This document shows, piece after piece, positions 24,459 to 34,195 of a stretch of DNA of 64,000 nucleotides. Positions within the stretch are counted from its first letter, which is position 1; each line of letters opens with the position of its first letter. Both the position numbers and the translations under genes were made by a program. The notes below the pieces were generated by a model. The model was given only the letters and a program-made list of their open reading frames with translations. It did not search any database and was not told the DNA's origin. The DNA comes from an uncultured Verrucomicrobiae bacterium (GTDB taxonomy: Bacteria; Verrucomicrobiota; Verrucomicrobiia; Chthoniobacterales; Chthoniobacteraceae): positions 288,001 to 352,000 of the forward strand of contig CAVYKI010000003.1 in NCBI GenBank assembly GCA_963769025.1, read 5' to 3'.

Positions 24459-24871
24459 GCGTTGCGTGATGAGTTGATGTTGAGTGACAGAAACCGCCGG
24501 CCGTTCCCTCGCGGGAATGGCAACCGGCGGTTTCGCGGCGCACGCAGATGGCAAGGAGGACAGCGACATTTTCCAAAATCCGACCCGACACCGAGGAAGC
24601 GAACGCCTGCACCGATGAGAGGCTCCGCTGAAGAGAATTCAGTAGATGAAGGAAGAGAACCGGCATCGTGAGTCGGAGTTTTGGGGAAATGAACGCGGGC
24701 TTGCCACCCGGCGCGCCGCAGCACCCTTACCCGCATCCTTGCACGCCGCAAGGGTTGAATCCGGCACGACGCGAGCGCTTCCGGTCCGTAAGCGAAAGTG
24801 CGCGGGACACCGGAGGCATCCCGCGCACTGGAGAATCGATGCACGCCGCGGGGCGCGCCGATGAACGCCAC

Positions 24872-25171
24872 TTACTTGTTCTTCTTCTTTTTCCTGCCCT
24901 TTTTCCCGCCCGCCGCGGCAATTTCCTCGTCGGAGAGTGAGTTGTCGCCGCTGGCGTCGAGCGCCTTCGCCGCGGGAACGCCGGAGGCAAAGTCCTTCTT
25001 CAGGGCATCAATTTCGGTGCCGTCGATCTTGCCGTTGCCGTCCTTGTCATACTGCGCGAGGGCTGCCGCCCCAGCCTTCTTGTTGCCTTTGCCGGGCTTC
25101 TTGGCTTCTGCAGGGAGGGTGAAGGTGGCGCCGATGGCCGCGATGGTGAGGATCGTGAGGATTCGTTTCAT
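24872..25171 (-). CDS. Small secreted EF-hand protein with Lys-rich ends
   Basis: Signal peptide ending AEA; EF loops DKDGNGKIDGTE and DASGDNSLSDEE. Confidence 0.85.
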   Translation of the reverse strand: MKRILTILTIAAIGATFTLPAEAKKPGKGNKKAGAAALAQYDKDGNGKIDGTEIDALKKDFASGVPAAKALDASGDNSLSDEEIAAAGGKKGRKKKKNK

Positions 25172-25385
25172 GGGTTTGCTTGAGGTTTGTTGTTGATGGG
25201 GAAATCGCGACATCTCACCCTCACTGACGGAAGGGATGGGGCGACTCGTTCCGGGGTGTCATAGCACGCGCCGCTTCGGCTGGGACACCAAACGGCAACG
25301 AGGCTGGACAAAAAAGCGGCGGCAGTCTCGCGAGCGGCCCTTGCGCACGACAGCCCTCCCTTTCCATGCCGGCGCCGGGAGAAAG

Positions 25386-25428
25386 TTGACAAAGCTGTTG
25401 ACACCCCGGAGCCCCACTGAGATAGGAA
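25386..25428 (+). promoter_or_regulatory. Candidate sigma70-type promoter or regulator site with two TTGACA hexamers 12 bp apart
   Basis: gttgaca-aagct-gttgaca upstream of CDS 25450; no good -10 match. Confidence 0.35.
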
Positions 25429-25449
25429 AATCGTTCCCACAATCACGCC

Positions 25450-26178
25450 ATGGCCGACGAAAATCCCGCACCATCCCAGGACCCGAACGAGGAAGCCGAC
25501 AAGAAGGAAACGATCCGTATCACGCTTCCGTCGAAAACGGAAAGCCCCGTCGCCAAGCGCGAGACGGTCCGGATCAACATTCCCGAAACCACGGTCACTC
25601 CGAAGAAGGAAACCTCCAAGGTCACCGTCCCCACCTCCGGCGCAGTCCCGCCGCCGCCCATGTCCCGCCCTTCGGCCCCGCCCGCACCGCCACCACTTTC
25701 CAAACCCATCAGCGGCATGACCCCACCCCCAAAACCCCCACCACTCTCCGGCAAGCCGACCGTCCCGCTGAAACCCGCGCCGTCCGGCATCGTTCCGCCG
25801 GCGGCACCGGGAGGTTCCGGCATCGTCGCAAAGCCCGCATCGCCGAAGAAGGAAACCGCGCGCATCAGCCTGCCGGGCGATGCACCGAAGAGTTCCGCCC
25901 CGGCGTTGCCGAAAGCCACGGTCAAAATGCAGCAGACCCAGCCGCTGATGAAAACGCAGCCACCACCGGCGAGCGGCATCCAGCAGCAGTCCTCGGCTTC
26001 CGGCATCCGGAAGGCCGCCAGCCCTTCCAGCGTCGCACCGGTGATTTCCTCGTCCCCCGCGAAGTCGGACGCTCTCTCGGTGGTCTTGAGCATCCTCGCA
26101 CTAGGCGGCGCGATCGCCGCGGTCGCCTTCGCCTACCTCGTTTACCAGGCGGCAACGCTGCCGTCTTGGGTCCAATAG
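25450..26178 (+). CDS. Pro-rich disordered protein with repeated K(K/R)ETxRIxLP motifs and a C-terminal transmembrane anchor
   Basis: KKETIRITLP, KRETVRINIP, KKETSKVTVP, KKETARISLP; hydrophobic C-terminus. Confidence 0.8.
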   Translation: MADENPAPSQDPNEEADKKETIRITLPSKTESPVAKRETVRINIPETTVTPKKETSKVTVPTSGAVPPPPMSRPSAPPAPPPLSKPISGMTPPPKPPPLSGKPTVPLKPAPSGIVPPAAPGGSGIVAKPASPKKETARISLPGDAPKSSAPALPKATVKMQQTQPLMKTQPPPASGIQQQSSASGIRKAASPSSVAPVISSSPAKSDALSVVLSILALGGAIAAVAFAYLVYQAATLPSWVQ

Positions 26179-26197
26179 GACGCAACCCGATTTCACC

Positions 26198-26527
26198 ATG
26201 GCCAGCCAAAACGTACTCAACCTGTCGGATTCCAACTTCGAATCCGAACTCTCAAAGTCCACCCTTCCCGTCCTCGTGGATTTTTGGGCGCCTTGGTGCG
26301 GCCCGTGCATTCAGCTCGCACCGGTGATCGACGAAATCGCCGCCGAACGCGTCGGCAAAGCGCTCGTCGCAAAAGTCAACGTGGACGAGAGCCCTGCGCT
26401 CGCGGGAAAATTCCGCGTCAACTCCATCCCGGCCCTCCTTTTCTTCAAGGGCGGACAGCCGGTGGGCCAGTTGGTCGGACGGCAGCCAAAATCGGAGATT
26501 TTGGCAAAGCTCGACTCCATCGCATAG
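26198..26527 (+). CDS. trxA: Thioredoxin
   Basis: VLVDFWAPWCGPC, KVNVDE, SIPALLFFKGG. Confidence 0.96.
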   Translation: MASQNVLNLSDSNFESELSKSTLPVLVDFWAPWCGPCIQLAPVIDEIAAERVGKALVAKVNVDESPALAGKFRVNSIPALLFFKGGQPVGQLVGRQPKSEILAKLDSIA

Positions 26528-26621
26528 TACCACGCCCGAGCCTGAAGGCTGCAGCGGTCCGTTACGGTGGATTTTGTAGCCCGGCGGGAACTGCCACAAA
26601 GCAACGCGCAACGTGATCGCG

Positions 26622-28358
26622 TCACGCCCCGGCGGTGCCGAAACCGCTCAACGCGGCCGAGCACCGTCCGAGCTTCGTCTCCAGTGCGCGCACGGAAGCC
26701 AGCGAAGGCTCCATCGTCTTCTTCTGCGCTTCGGAAAACGCCTCGATCGGCTGGAAGACCTGCCCGAGCTCCACGTAAAACCGCTTCACCGCATGCCGCA
26801 GGTGGTCTTCCACCGCCTGCACCATCGCCTCGCGCTTCTCGTTCATCTGCTGCCGGTACTCGCGAAGGATCTTCCGGCGCTTCGCCACCGCCACCAGCGT
26901 CCCCGTGAGCGCCCCTAGCCCGGCGATGGTCCCAGTGATGTCGAGGATCGTCGCCTTCGTCAGCGCCACCGCCACGACCGCGCCGATCCCGCCCGCCGCA
27001 AAAACTCCCGCCGGCACGCGCAGCCAGGTCGCCGTATCCGCGAATGCACTCTGCATGTGCCGCTGAAACTCCGCGCCATCCGTCCGCTCGACGAGCGTGA
27101 GGTCGATCCGGTCCAGCAGCTCCTTGCGCTGGTGCGCAAAGTCGGGCAGCAGCGGCAGCTCGCGCATGGAAAACGACCGCTGCATGAGCTCGTGCACCTG
27201 CTTCCAGACGCTCTTCAGATCCGCCTCGATGAGTTCCATCGACTCGCGAACGATCTTCGTCAGCGTCTCTCGCTGGCGGCTTTCGAGTTCCTCTTGGAAA
27301 AAACTTTCCCAGCCGCGCTTTCCGAAAATCAGCTTCACCGTGCCTGCGAACGTCAGCTTTTTCTTCAGTAGATCCTCGCCGCGCCTTTGCGTGCGCTCGG
27401 AGGCCTGCGCGATCGTCCACAGCACCCCGCCGACCTGCCGGAAACTCTGATCCTGGCGCTCCTCGAGCACGTGCTTGAGGTCGCGCAGCTTTTCGAGATC
27501 GGCATTCACTACATCCGCCGCCGCCGACACCTGCTGGCTGAAATCCGCCAGGATCACCTGCGCGCTGCGGCACACGCTGCCGAGCTTATCCGAGCGCGTC
27601 GAGCCGCTCGTGATGCTGCCGGAGACGTATTCCTCGAGCGCATCGAACCCGCTTTCGCGCCACAGTGCCCCGCGCGCAGCCACATCGTCGGTGTGCTTCG
27701 CAGTCCACGCCTGCTTTGCCGACACCGGGAAAATCGGGCAGCTCTCGCCGATCTTTTGCAGCATCGTCTGCTGCATGTGGGCGACGATGGATGCGACTTC
27801 CGCAGGCGAGCGCAGGTCCCGCTGCTGAAGGACGAAGACCACCTTCTTCAGCCACTTCCGGTGCAGGTGCTGGAGAAACTGCCACGCGGTCGCGCCCCAC
27901 GGATTCGTCGCTGAAAAGACGCACAGGCACAGATCCGCGAGCGGCAGGAACTGGCGCGTGATCGCCTCGTGCTCCGGCACGATCGTGTTCGTGCCCGGCG
28001 TGTCCACGATGTTGAACTCGTGCAGGAAGGGCGAGGTCCGGTAGCACTCGGTGAGCTGCGGCGACACAGGCACGTCGCGTTCCTCGTCCGCATGCTTGAA
28101 GACGTAGATTTTGTCCGTCGTCGGGAGCACGTCCACCTTGCAAAACTCCCGGCCAAACAGCGCGTTCAGGAGCGAGGACTTTCCGGCCTTCACCTCGCCG
28201 ACCACGACGAAAAGGAACGGCTCGCGCAGGCTCGTGCCGAGTTCGTTCAGCGTGCGGACTGTCTCCTGCGGCGCGCGCAGGTCATGCGCGAGCGTGCTCA
28301 GCGTGAAAAGCGCCGTCCCCAAATCCGCACGGGCCTGGAAAAAAGCGTCGCTGAGCAT
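26622..28358 (-). CDS. Bacterial dynamin-like GTPase
   Basis: G1 GEVKAGKS, G2 PTT, G3 DTPG, long helical region, hydrophobic hairpin near the C-terminus. Confidence 0.88.
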   Translation of the reverse strand: MLSDAFFQARADLGTALFTLSTLAHDLRAPQETVRTLNELGTSLREPFLFVVVGEVKAGKSSLLNALFGREFCKVDVLPTTDKIYVFKHADEERDVPVSPQLTECYRTSPFLHEFNIVDTPGTNTIVPEHEAITRQFLPLADLCLCVFSATNPWGATAWQFLQHLHRKWLKKVVFVLQQRDLRSPAEVASIVAHMQQTMLQKIGESCPIFPVSAKQAWTAKHTDDVAARGALWRESGFDALEEYVSGSITSGSTRSDKLGSVCRSAQVILADFSQQVSAAADVVNADLEKLRDLKHVLEERQDQSFRQVGGVLWTIAQASERTQRRGEDLLKKKLTFAGTVKLIFGKRGWESFFQEELESRQRETLTKIVRESMELIEADLKSVWKQVHELMQRSFSMRELPLLPDFAHQRKELLDRIDLTLVERTDGAEFQRHMQSAFADTATWLRVPAGVFAAGGIGAVVAVALTKATILDITGTIAGLGALTGTLVAVAKRRKILREYRQQMNEKREAMVQAVEDHLRHAVKRFYVELGQVFQPIEAFSEAQKKTMEPSLASVRALETKLGRCSAALSGFGTAGA

Positions 28359-28361
28359 CTG

Positions 28362-29252
28362 CTACTTCCGCGCCGGACCGCCGACGGCAGGCGCGGGCGA
28401 TTCGTGCGCAGGTTGCGGCTGCTTCTGCAAATCCTCGAGCGTCGTGGCTGCATTCGCCGCTTCCTTCGCCGTGCCAGTTTTCGCGACCGGCCCCTTCTTT
28501 TGCGCGACCGGCTCACGGTGCATCTTCAGGAGCTCGGTCACCGTGACAAATTTGAACCCCTTGGCGATCAGCGCATCGAGCGTCGCGGGCATCGCATCCA
28601 CGGTCGCTTTGTGGATGTCGTGACAGAGGATGATGGATCCCTTTTTCGTCTCCGCGAGGATGATGCTCTCCGTCTTCGCCGGCGAGCGGTGCTTCCAGTC
28701 GAGGCTGTCCACATCCCAGAGGATCGTCTTGTAGTTCCACACCGCGTTCGCCCACGCACGCTGGCGCACCGTGAATCCGCCATACGGCGGGCGCAGCAGA
28801 GTCGGCGTCACACCGGTCGTCTGCTTGATGACGTTGTGCGTGCGGTCGATCTGGTCCTTCACCGCCGCCTCGCTCATCTTCGTCAGCAGCGGGTGATTCC
28901 ACGAGTGGTTCGCGATCTCATGACCTTCCTCGACGATCTGCCGCGCAATTTCCGGGTTTTGCGCGACGCACTGCCCGACACAAAAGAACGTGGCTTTGAT
29001 GCCCCGATCCTTCAGCATTTTCAAAAGGCGCGGCGTCTGCACGTCCTGCGGACCGTCGTCAAAAGTGATCGCAATGTACGGCCCCTCGACATGGCAGTCG
29101 GTGAACGTGATCCTCGCCTGTCCCATGCCGGGTTCCGGCGACGGAGCGACCGGCTGGCCGTATCCGGCGTCGGGGGCGGTCCCCAGGTTTGATTCCGCGG
29201 CGCACGCGGTGAGGCTGCACACGAGGAGCGAAAGAAAAATGGAGCGAAGCAT
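28362..29252 (-). CDS. Polysaccharide deacetylase (CE4/NodB) lipoprotein
   Basis: Lipobox LTAC; TFDDGP, HSWNH, RPPYG, DSLDW, ILCHD. Confidence 0.92.
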   Translation of the reverse strand: MLRSIFLSLLVCSLTACAAESNLGTAPDAGYGQPVAPSPEPGMGQARITFTDCHVEGPYIAITFDDGPQDVQTPRLLKMLKDRGIKATFFCVGQCVAQNPEIARQIVEEGHEIANHSWNHPLLTKMSEAAVKDQIDRTHNVIKQTTGVTPTLLRPPYGGFTVRQRAWANAVWNYKTILWDVDSLDWKHRSPAKTESIILAETKKGSIILCHDIHKATVDAMPATLDALIAKGFKFVTVTELLKMHREPVAQKKGPVAKTGTAKEAANAATTLEDLQKQPQPAHESPAPAVGGPARK

Positions 29253-29312
29253 CGTGGAGACGAAGGGAACCCGTTCGCGAAGGATTCCGCAAGCCCGCAA
29301 CTGCCCGGGCCT

Positions 29313-30656
29313 TCACACCGCAAACGTCAGGCGCACCTTTGGAAAATCGTACTCATCACGGCCCGTGAACTCCACGCGAACTTGGTCACCGGTGTCGCTC
29401 ACATTCACCGAGCCGAAACATCCCTCGCCCGGCTCCGGGACGTGGAAGCCGGCACTGTACGGCCCGCCCTTGTACCTGCCATTCTGGTCCAGCGCCGAGC
29501 CGTGCAGCACCGGGATGCGCAGGCCGCCGGCGTCCGAGTAATCGCTGTTCGTCCCGTCATCCGCCGCAAGCATGTGCGCGTCGCCGCAGAGGATCACGAG
29601 ATTCCGGATTCCGTTTTCCGCGATGAAGTTTGCGATCTCCTTCCTCTCGGCGGCGTAACTTTCCCACCCGTCCCCGTCCCCCGCTCCGCCGATCCATGGC
29701 ACGCTGCTCGCCCAGAAAATTACCGCGTGCGACCGCGACGACCCGGCAAGTTCGCGCTTGAGCCATTCCTTTTGCGAAACGCCCAGCATCGTCTTCGCAG
29801 AACCATCGGGCACCGTCGCCGGCGAGCGCGCGCTGCGGAGATCCGTCATGATGAACCGGGCGCGGCCGACGCTGAATGCCTGATAAATCAAAGCGTCCCC
29901 GTCGCCCGCCGGCAGCGGATAATGCGGCGCATACTCCCGGTAAACCCGCCTGGCCGCCGCGCGCGACGGTGAGCGCCCATCCGCGTCGTTCGGGCCGAAA
30001 TCGTGATCGTCCCAAACGTACGCCAGTGGCACCGAACGGTAGAGCGCGCCCTGCGTGGCCGATGCGAGCACCGTGTCCCATGAGGCGCGAAAATACCGCG
30101 GATCATCGCGGGAAATATTCACGTAGTGCATGTCCCCGAGGTGCAGAAAAAACGCCGGATCACGCCTGCGGATCGTGTCGAAGACCTCGTGCTCGGATCC
30201 CGTCCGCGCACAGGACCCAAACGCAAACGCGAACGAGGCGGCATCCCCCGGCGCCGGGAAAGTGCGGAACGTCGCGGGCGGGTACGTCGCAGGCCTGCCA
30301 TCCACCTCGAGCGAGCACGTGTAGCGCGTCGTCACCGCAAGGCCGCGCAGCCGGAACATCCGCACGGTCCCCGAAGGTCCCGAGAGCGGCTCTGGCTGGA
30401 AAGCAAACGCTTCCCCACCCTGCGCACTCACGAGCAGGCGCGCCTCCGCCTGCGGCGGCAGCTTCGTCTTCAACACGGCGCCCTCGTGCGTCACCGCGCC
30501 AAGCCACATCGTCGGGATCCCTGTCGGCCTGTCCGGCATCCGCATTTCCTCCTGCCCCCATGCGGGCAACACCGCCGCACCGACGCCCGCAATAGTCACC
30601 CGCGCAAACTCCCGCCGGGAAATCGCGCGGATTCGGGAGGAGCGGTGTGGATTCAC
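29313..30656 (-). CDS. phoD: PhoD-family alkaline phosphatase, Tat-exported
   Basis: SRREFAR twin-arginine signal; FGSC, HLGDMHY, WDDHDFG, DLRS, GDAH. Confidence 0.85.
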   Translation of the reverse strand: MNPHRSSRIRAISRREFARVTIAGVGAAVLPAWGQEEMRMPDRPTGIPTMWLGAVTHEGAVLKTKLPPQAEARLLVSAQGGEAFAFQPEPLSGPSGTVRMFRLRGLAVTTRYTCSLEVDGRPATYPPATFRTFPAPGDAASFAFAFGSCARTGSEHEVFDTIRRRDPAFFLHLGDMHYVNISRDDPRYFRASWDTVLASATQGALYRSVPLAYVWDDHDFGPNDADGRSPSRAAARRVYREYAPHYPLPAGDGDALIYQAFSVGRARFIMTDLRSARSPATVPDGSAKTMLGVSQKEWLKRELAGSSRSHAVIFWASSVPWIGGAGDGDGWESYAAERKEIANFIAENGIRNLVILCGDAHMLAADDGTNSDYSDAGGLRIPVLHGSALDQNGRYKGGPYSAGFHVPEPGEGCFGSVNVSDTGDQVRVEFTGRDEYDFPKVRLTFAV

Positions 30657-30727
30657 ATCGCGAGCCTTCGGACGACGCCCTCCCCTGTCAAGCCAAGCAC
30701 CGGCTGTTCATCCACTCCCGGGAGGAG

Positions 30728-30804
30728 TGGTCGGGGCGACAGGATTCGAACCTGCGACCTCTTGGTCCCAAACCAAGCGCTCTACCAAGCTAAGCTACGC
30801 CCCG
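30728..30804 (-). tRNA. tRNA-Pro(TGG), CCA encoded
   Basis: Reverse complement CGGGGCGTAGCTTAGCTTGGTAGAGCGCTTGGTTTGGGACCAAGAGGTCGCAGGTTCGAATCCTGTCGCCCCGACCA folds into a cloverleaf; anticodon loop TTTGGGA. Confidence 0.97.
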
Positions 30805-30847
30805 ATTTCACACGCATCCGACGCCAAGAGACGAAAAACAGACTGAA

Positions 30848-30975
30848 AAAACTCCCGTTCTCCACCTTTGCAGGCATCGGCGATTGGAGGGCACTATGCC
30901 CGCGACGAGGTGCGCCGCAAGGACATTCGCCGCAGCATGGAGACATCCGACCCACGCAAACGCAGCGAGGTCGCG
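30848..30975 (+). pseudogene. Probable relic of a tyrosine-integrase N-terminal arm
   Basis: KTPVLHLCRHR, then after a frameshift GGHYARDEVRRKDIRRSMETSD; resembles the KTPxxNLxR..GxYYAR..V.GK.IRRSL.T.D pattern as I recall it; next to a tRNA. Confidence 0.5.
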
Positions 30976-31181
30976 CAACAGAGCGTCTGCAGCCGGACTC
31001 CTCCCTTTCGCGATCCGCGGAGCTGGAATGGTGAGCGCGTGCCCTTGAATCTGGACGCGTGATTTCATCGCATGGTGCCCACTGCCTTTCGGCAAACCGC
31101 AGGACGCGTCCGGGCGCGCGATCTTGTCCGACCCGGACTCTCGGACCGACGTGGATGATTTTGTGACACGCGCCTGTGTCG

Positions 31182-31613
31182 TCAGACGTCGATGATCGGC
31201 CCGCCGCCGTCGTCATTTCGTTTTGGCGGCTTGTTACGATGGACCATGACGCGGGTATTTCCGCTGCCGGTTACAGCGTGGAGCACGAGTGAGATGATTC
31301 CGATCCCCAAGGCGCCCCAAAAGGCCGCGCCGAAAGTGTCCACGTGGAAATCACGCACGAGGCTGCCGACCCAGTAGAGCAGCACCGCGTTGATCACGAG
31401 GATGAAGAAGCCGAGGGTGAAAAACAGCAGGGGCAGCGACAGGACCAGCAGGAGCGGACGCAGGACTGCGTTGAGAATGCCGAGGACGAGCGTCGCGACG
31501 ATCAACCCGGTAATCGTGTCGTAGTGGATGCCGCGGACGATCTGGGCGACGAGCAGCACGGCGATCGTGTTTATGAGCCAGCTCTGCAGGAATTTTTTGA
31601 CCGCGGGGGACAT
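31182..31613 (-). CDS. 4-TM membrane protein (YvlD / 'phage holin superfamily IV' family)
   Basis: LGILNAVLRPLLLVLSLPLLFFTLGFFILVINAVLL, FGAAFWGAL. Confidence 0.9.
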   Translation of the reverse strand: MSPAVKKFLQSWLINTIAVLLVAQIVRGIHYDTITGLIVATLVLGILNAVLRPLLLVLSLPLLFFTLGFFILVINAVLLYWVGSLVRDFHVDTFGAAFWGALGIGIISLVLHAVTGSGNTRVMVHRNKPPKRNDDGGGPIIDV

Positions 31614-31714
31614 TCTACTTCCGGCGACAGTCGTGCATGGGTCCGGTCGGGGTCAAAATCGAATTCAAGCTTTTGAACGAATGCGGGATTGGGACACCGC
31701 ACCCCCAGGCGCCG

Positions 31715-34107
31715 TCAGTGATAAGCCTCAATCGGCTCCGCGCCGATGGTGCCGCGCAGCGTGTCCAAGTAGCCGGGGGATTCCACATCCTCCAAGGTTT
31801 TCCGGGCGCGGTCCAATCGGGCGGCGATATCGAGCCGCCTCGCTTCGTCGGCGTGGCTGGTGCGCTTCATGAATCGGTCGAGGTAATCCACATGGCGGTG
31901 CCAGAGCTTGCGGTCGATGCCCTGCTTCGCCGTCAGCCGCGCGGCATACCAGTCGCTCGCCAGAAGGTGCTCGCGGGTGAACAGCTCGCGCACTTCCGGA
32001 TGCCCGAGTCCCCTGCCCTCCCACTGGTCGTGGAGCATGATGTTCAGCAGCGCTTTCAGCGGCGGGCACGCCTGCTTCACGCTCCCGTCGTCGAAATACA
32101 TCTGCGCGACGCGCTTTTGCGTGACGACGATGTTGTCCATGCCGTCCGCAAAAATATCCATGCCCTGCAATTCGGGCCGCAGCATCTCGTCGGTGAAAAC
32201 GGAGTGCGGATGATTGAACACGCGGCCAAAGAACATGCGGACGAAGCGCGCGTTGATGCGAAATCCGAGCCGGCTGGCCAGGACTTTCCTGCCGTTGTGC
32301 TCGAAGTCCGCGCACCGATCGAGGCATCGCTCGGCGAGCAGGAATTTCGGATTCCGCTCCTCCGCGGTCATGTGGCACCAGACCTCGGGGACGAGCAGGC
32401 TCACGTCGTGATCCACGCGGACTTTCGGCCCCACATAGCCGGCGGCAGTCACGAACGCGTGGTGGCCGGTCACGATGTACGAAACGAGCGCGTTGTTCAG
32501 GTCGATGATCGGCGGGAGCGCGTTGAACGGCCCCTTGGTCAGCGCGCCTTCCGAGCCCGCGCCGGTCGTCGAGGGCGACTTGCCCGTCATGCTGCAGATG
32601 AACTCCATGAAAAGCTCCGGCAGCTCGAAGTAGTGAATCGGGTTGTAGCACGCGAGCGAGCGGATGCCGGCCTCGGGCGGGTTGTTCCGCCGGCCCGGCA
32701 GCACCGCGGCGACAGGATTGTAGATTGGTTTTTCCGGCGGCAGCCGGCGGCGCAGGCGCGCAGACATCTCGGCGAGATAGCTCTCGCGCGGCTGCGTGAG
32801 GTCGGGCCGGATTTGCAGGTAGCGGGGGTTCTTGCTCGGCTTGCCATCCACGATCCGCGGATGCGCCGAGCACACGAAGAAATTCGGCACGCCGGTTTCC
32901 GCCACTTCGCGGATCAGTTTCTGCATCGGCTCGGTGAACGAATGGAAGCCGATGGAATCCTCCAGCAAATCGCGCGCGACCTTTGCGGTGAGCGGCTCGT
33001 AGTTGGAGAAAAGATTGTCCGGCTGCGAGAAGTCGCTCTCGGTCATCTTGTCGTAGCCGCGATGGATCGCGTCATCGGGCCGCTGGAAAAGCCGCATCTC
33101 GGCGTTCTGCACGAACTTCAGCGATGCGCCACCCGCCTCGCCCGCGTTCTCGATCCGGTCCGCCGGGACGACGACGGATGCCGTGATGTCGTCCTCCATC
33201 TGGATTTTCACCGCGGGATGAAAATCCTTCCGCAAGCCGAACGTGCGCCACGAGCCATCGGCGTCGAAGCCCACGCGCAGGTAGGTGGTCACGAGCTTGC
33301 GGCTGTCGCATTTCAGCTCGTTGGCCGGAGTGCCGTTGATGATGTCCACGCTGAAATGCTCGCGCCAGTTCGTGCCCCACTCGGGCTTGTGGTAGCGCTT
33401 CACGACGAAGACGAGTTCCCGGAGATACTGAGGCGTCGCCTCCAGCCATGCATTGTATTCGGGCGTATAGTCCTGCTCGTCCGGCGTGAGCAGCTTGATC
33501 ACCGATCCCAGCGAACGCTCCGGGCTGAGGATTGCGCGCTCGTCCGTGCGCGATGGATCGCTGAAGCGGTCGCCGTGGTCGCGCGCCAGCAGCTCCGCGA
33601 CCTTGTTGAAGTCGTTCTTGAAGTCCGCAACGAACACCGGCCCGACGAGGATCGCATCCGTGATCGGCTTCGAAATTTCCGACTTCCCTCCGCCGGAGAC
33701 GGTGCATGGCTTGTGGCAGACGAGCCCTTCGGCCACCGTGCCGACCAGCCGCCACCCGCGGTTCGGCCCGGGCTTTTCCATGGTCACCTTGTAGCCGGAA
33801 GGCCGCACGTACGTCTTGCCGGGAAGCAGCTTGATCGAGCGCTCCGTGCTGCCACCGGGCCACGAGACCTTCTGCTTGTGCAGCTCTCGTAGAGAAACGA
33901 CTGGATGCGATGGTCCGCCGGGCAGAGATGGCTGGCGAGCAGCCGCTCCTTCTCGCGGTACTGCTCGACCAGCGTGGAGACCAGATTGCCGAGCTGCGAA
34001 GCATCGCCCGTGGTCACCGGCTGGAACCCGAGCAACGCGAGTTTGACGTTGATGTAAGCCACCAAGTCCGCCGGAGTGCCGCTCTTCACGCTGAGATTCG
34101 GAATCAT
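31715..34107 (-). pseudogene. PPi-dependent phosphoenolpyruvate carboxykinase with a large internal deletion at ~33888
   Basis: CHKPCTVSGGGKSEISK, FQRPDDAIHRGYD, TGKSPSTTGAGSEGALTKGPFNAL, VDHDVSLLVPE; the N-terminal YINVKLALLG...LCPADHRIQSFL joins out of frame to the C-terminal ~720 aa. Confidence 0.85.
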
Positions 34108-34195
34108 TTTCCGCCCACCTTGCGCGGCAAGATTGGCCAATTCAAGATTCTCCCTCCTGTTTCACCCCAGAGGCGCAGAATGCGCTCAACGACGC

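Noticed and set aside
26570..26602. Weak hairpin between trxA and the dynamin gene as a REP or terminator
   Set aside because: Short imperfect stem with no match to the two REP families seen
31182..31613. 'Phage holin' gene as evidence of a prophage
   Set aside because: This 4-TM family is common in non-phage chromosomal contexts; no phage structural, lysis or replication genes nearby
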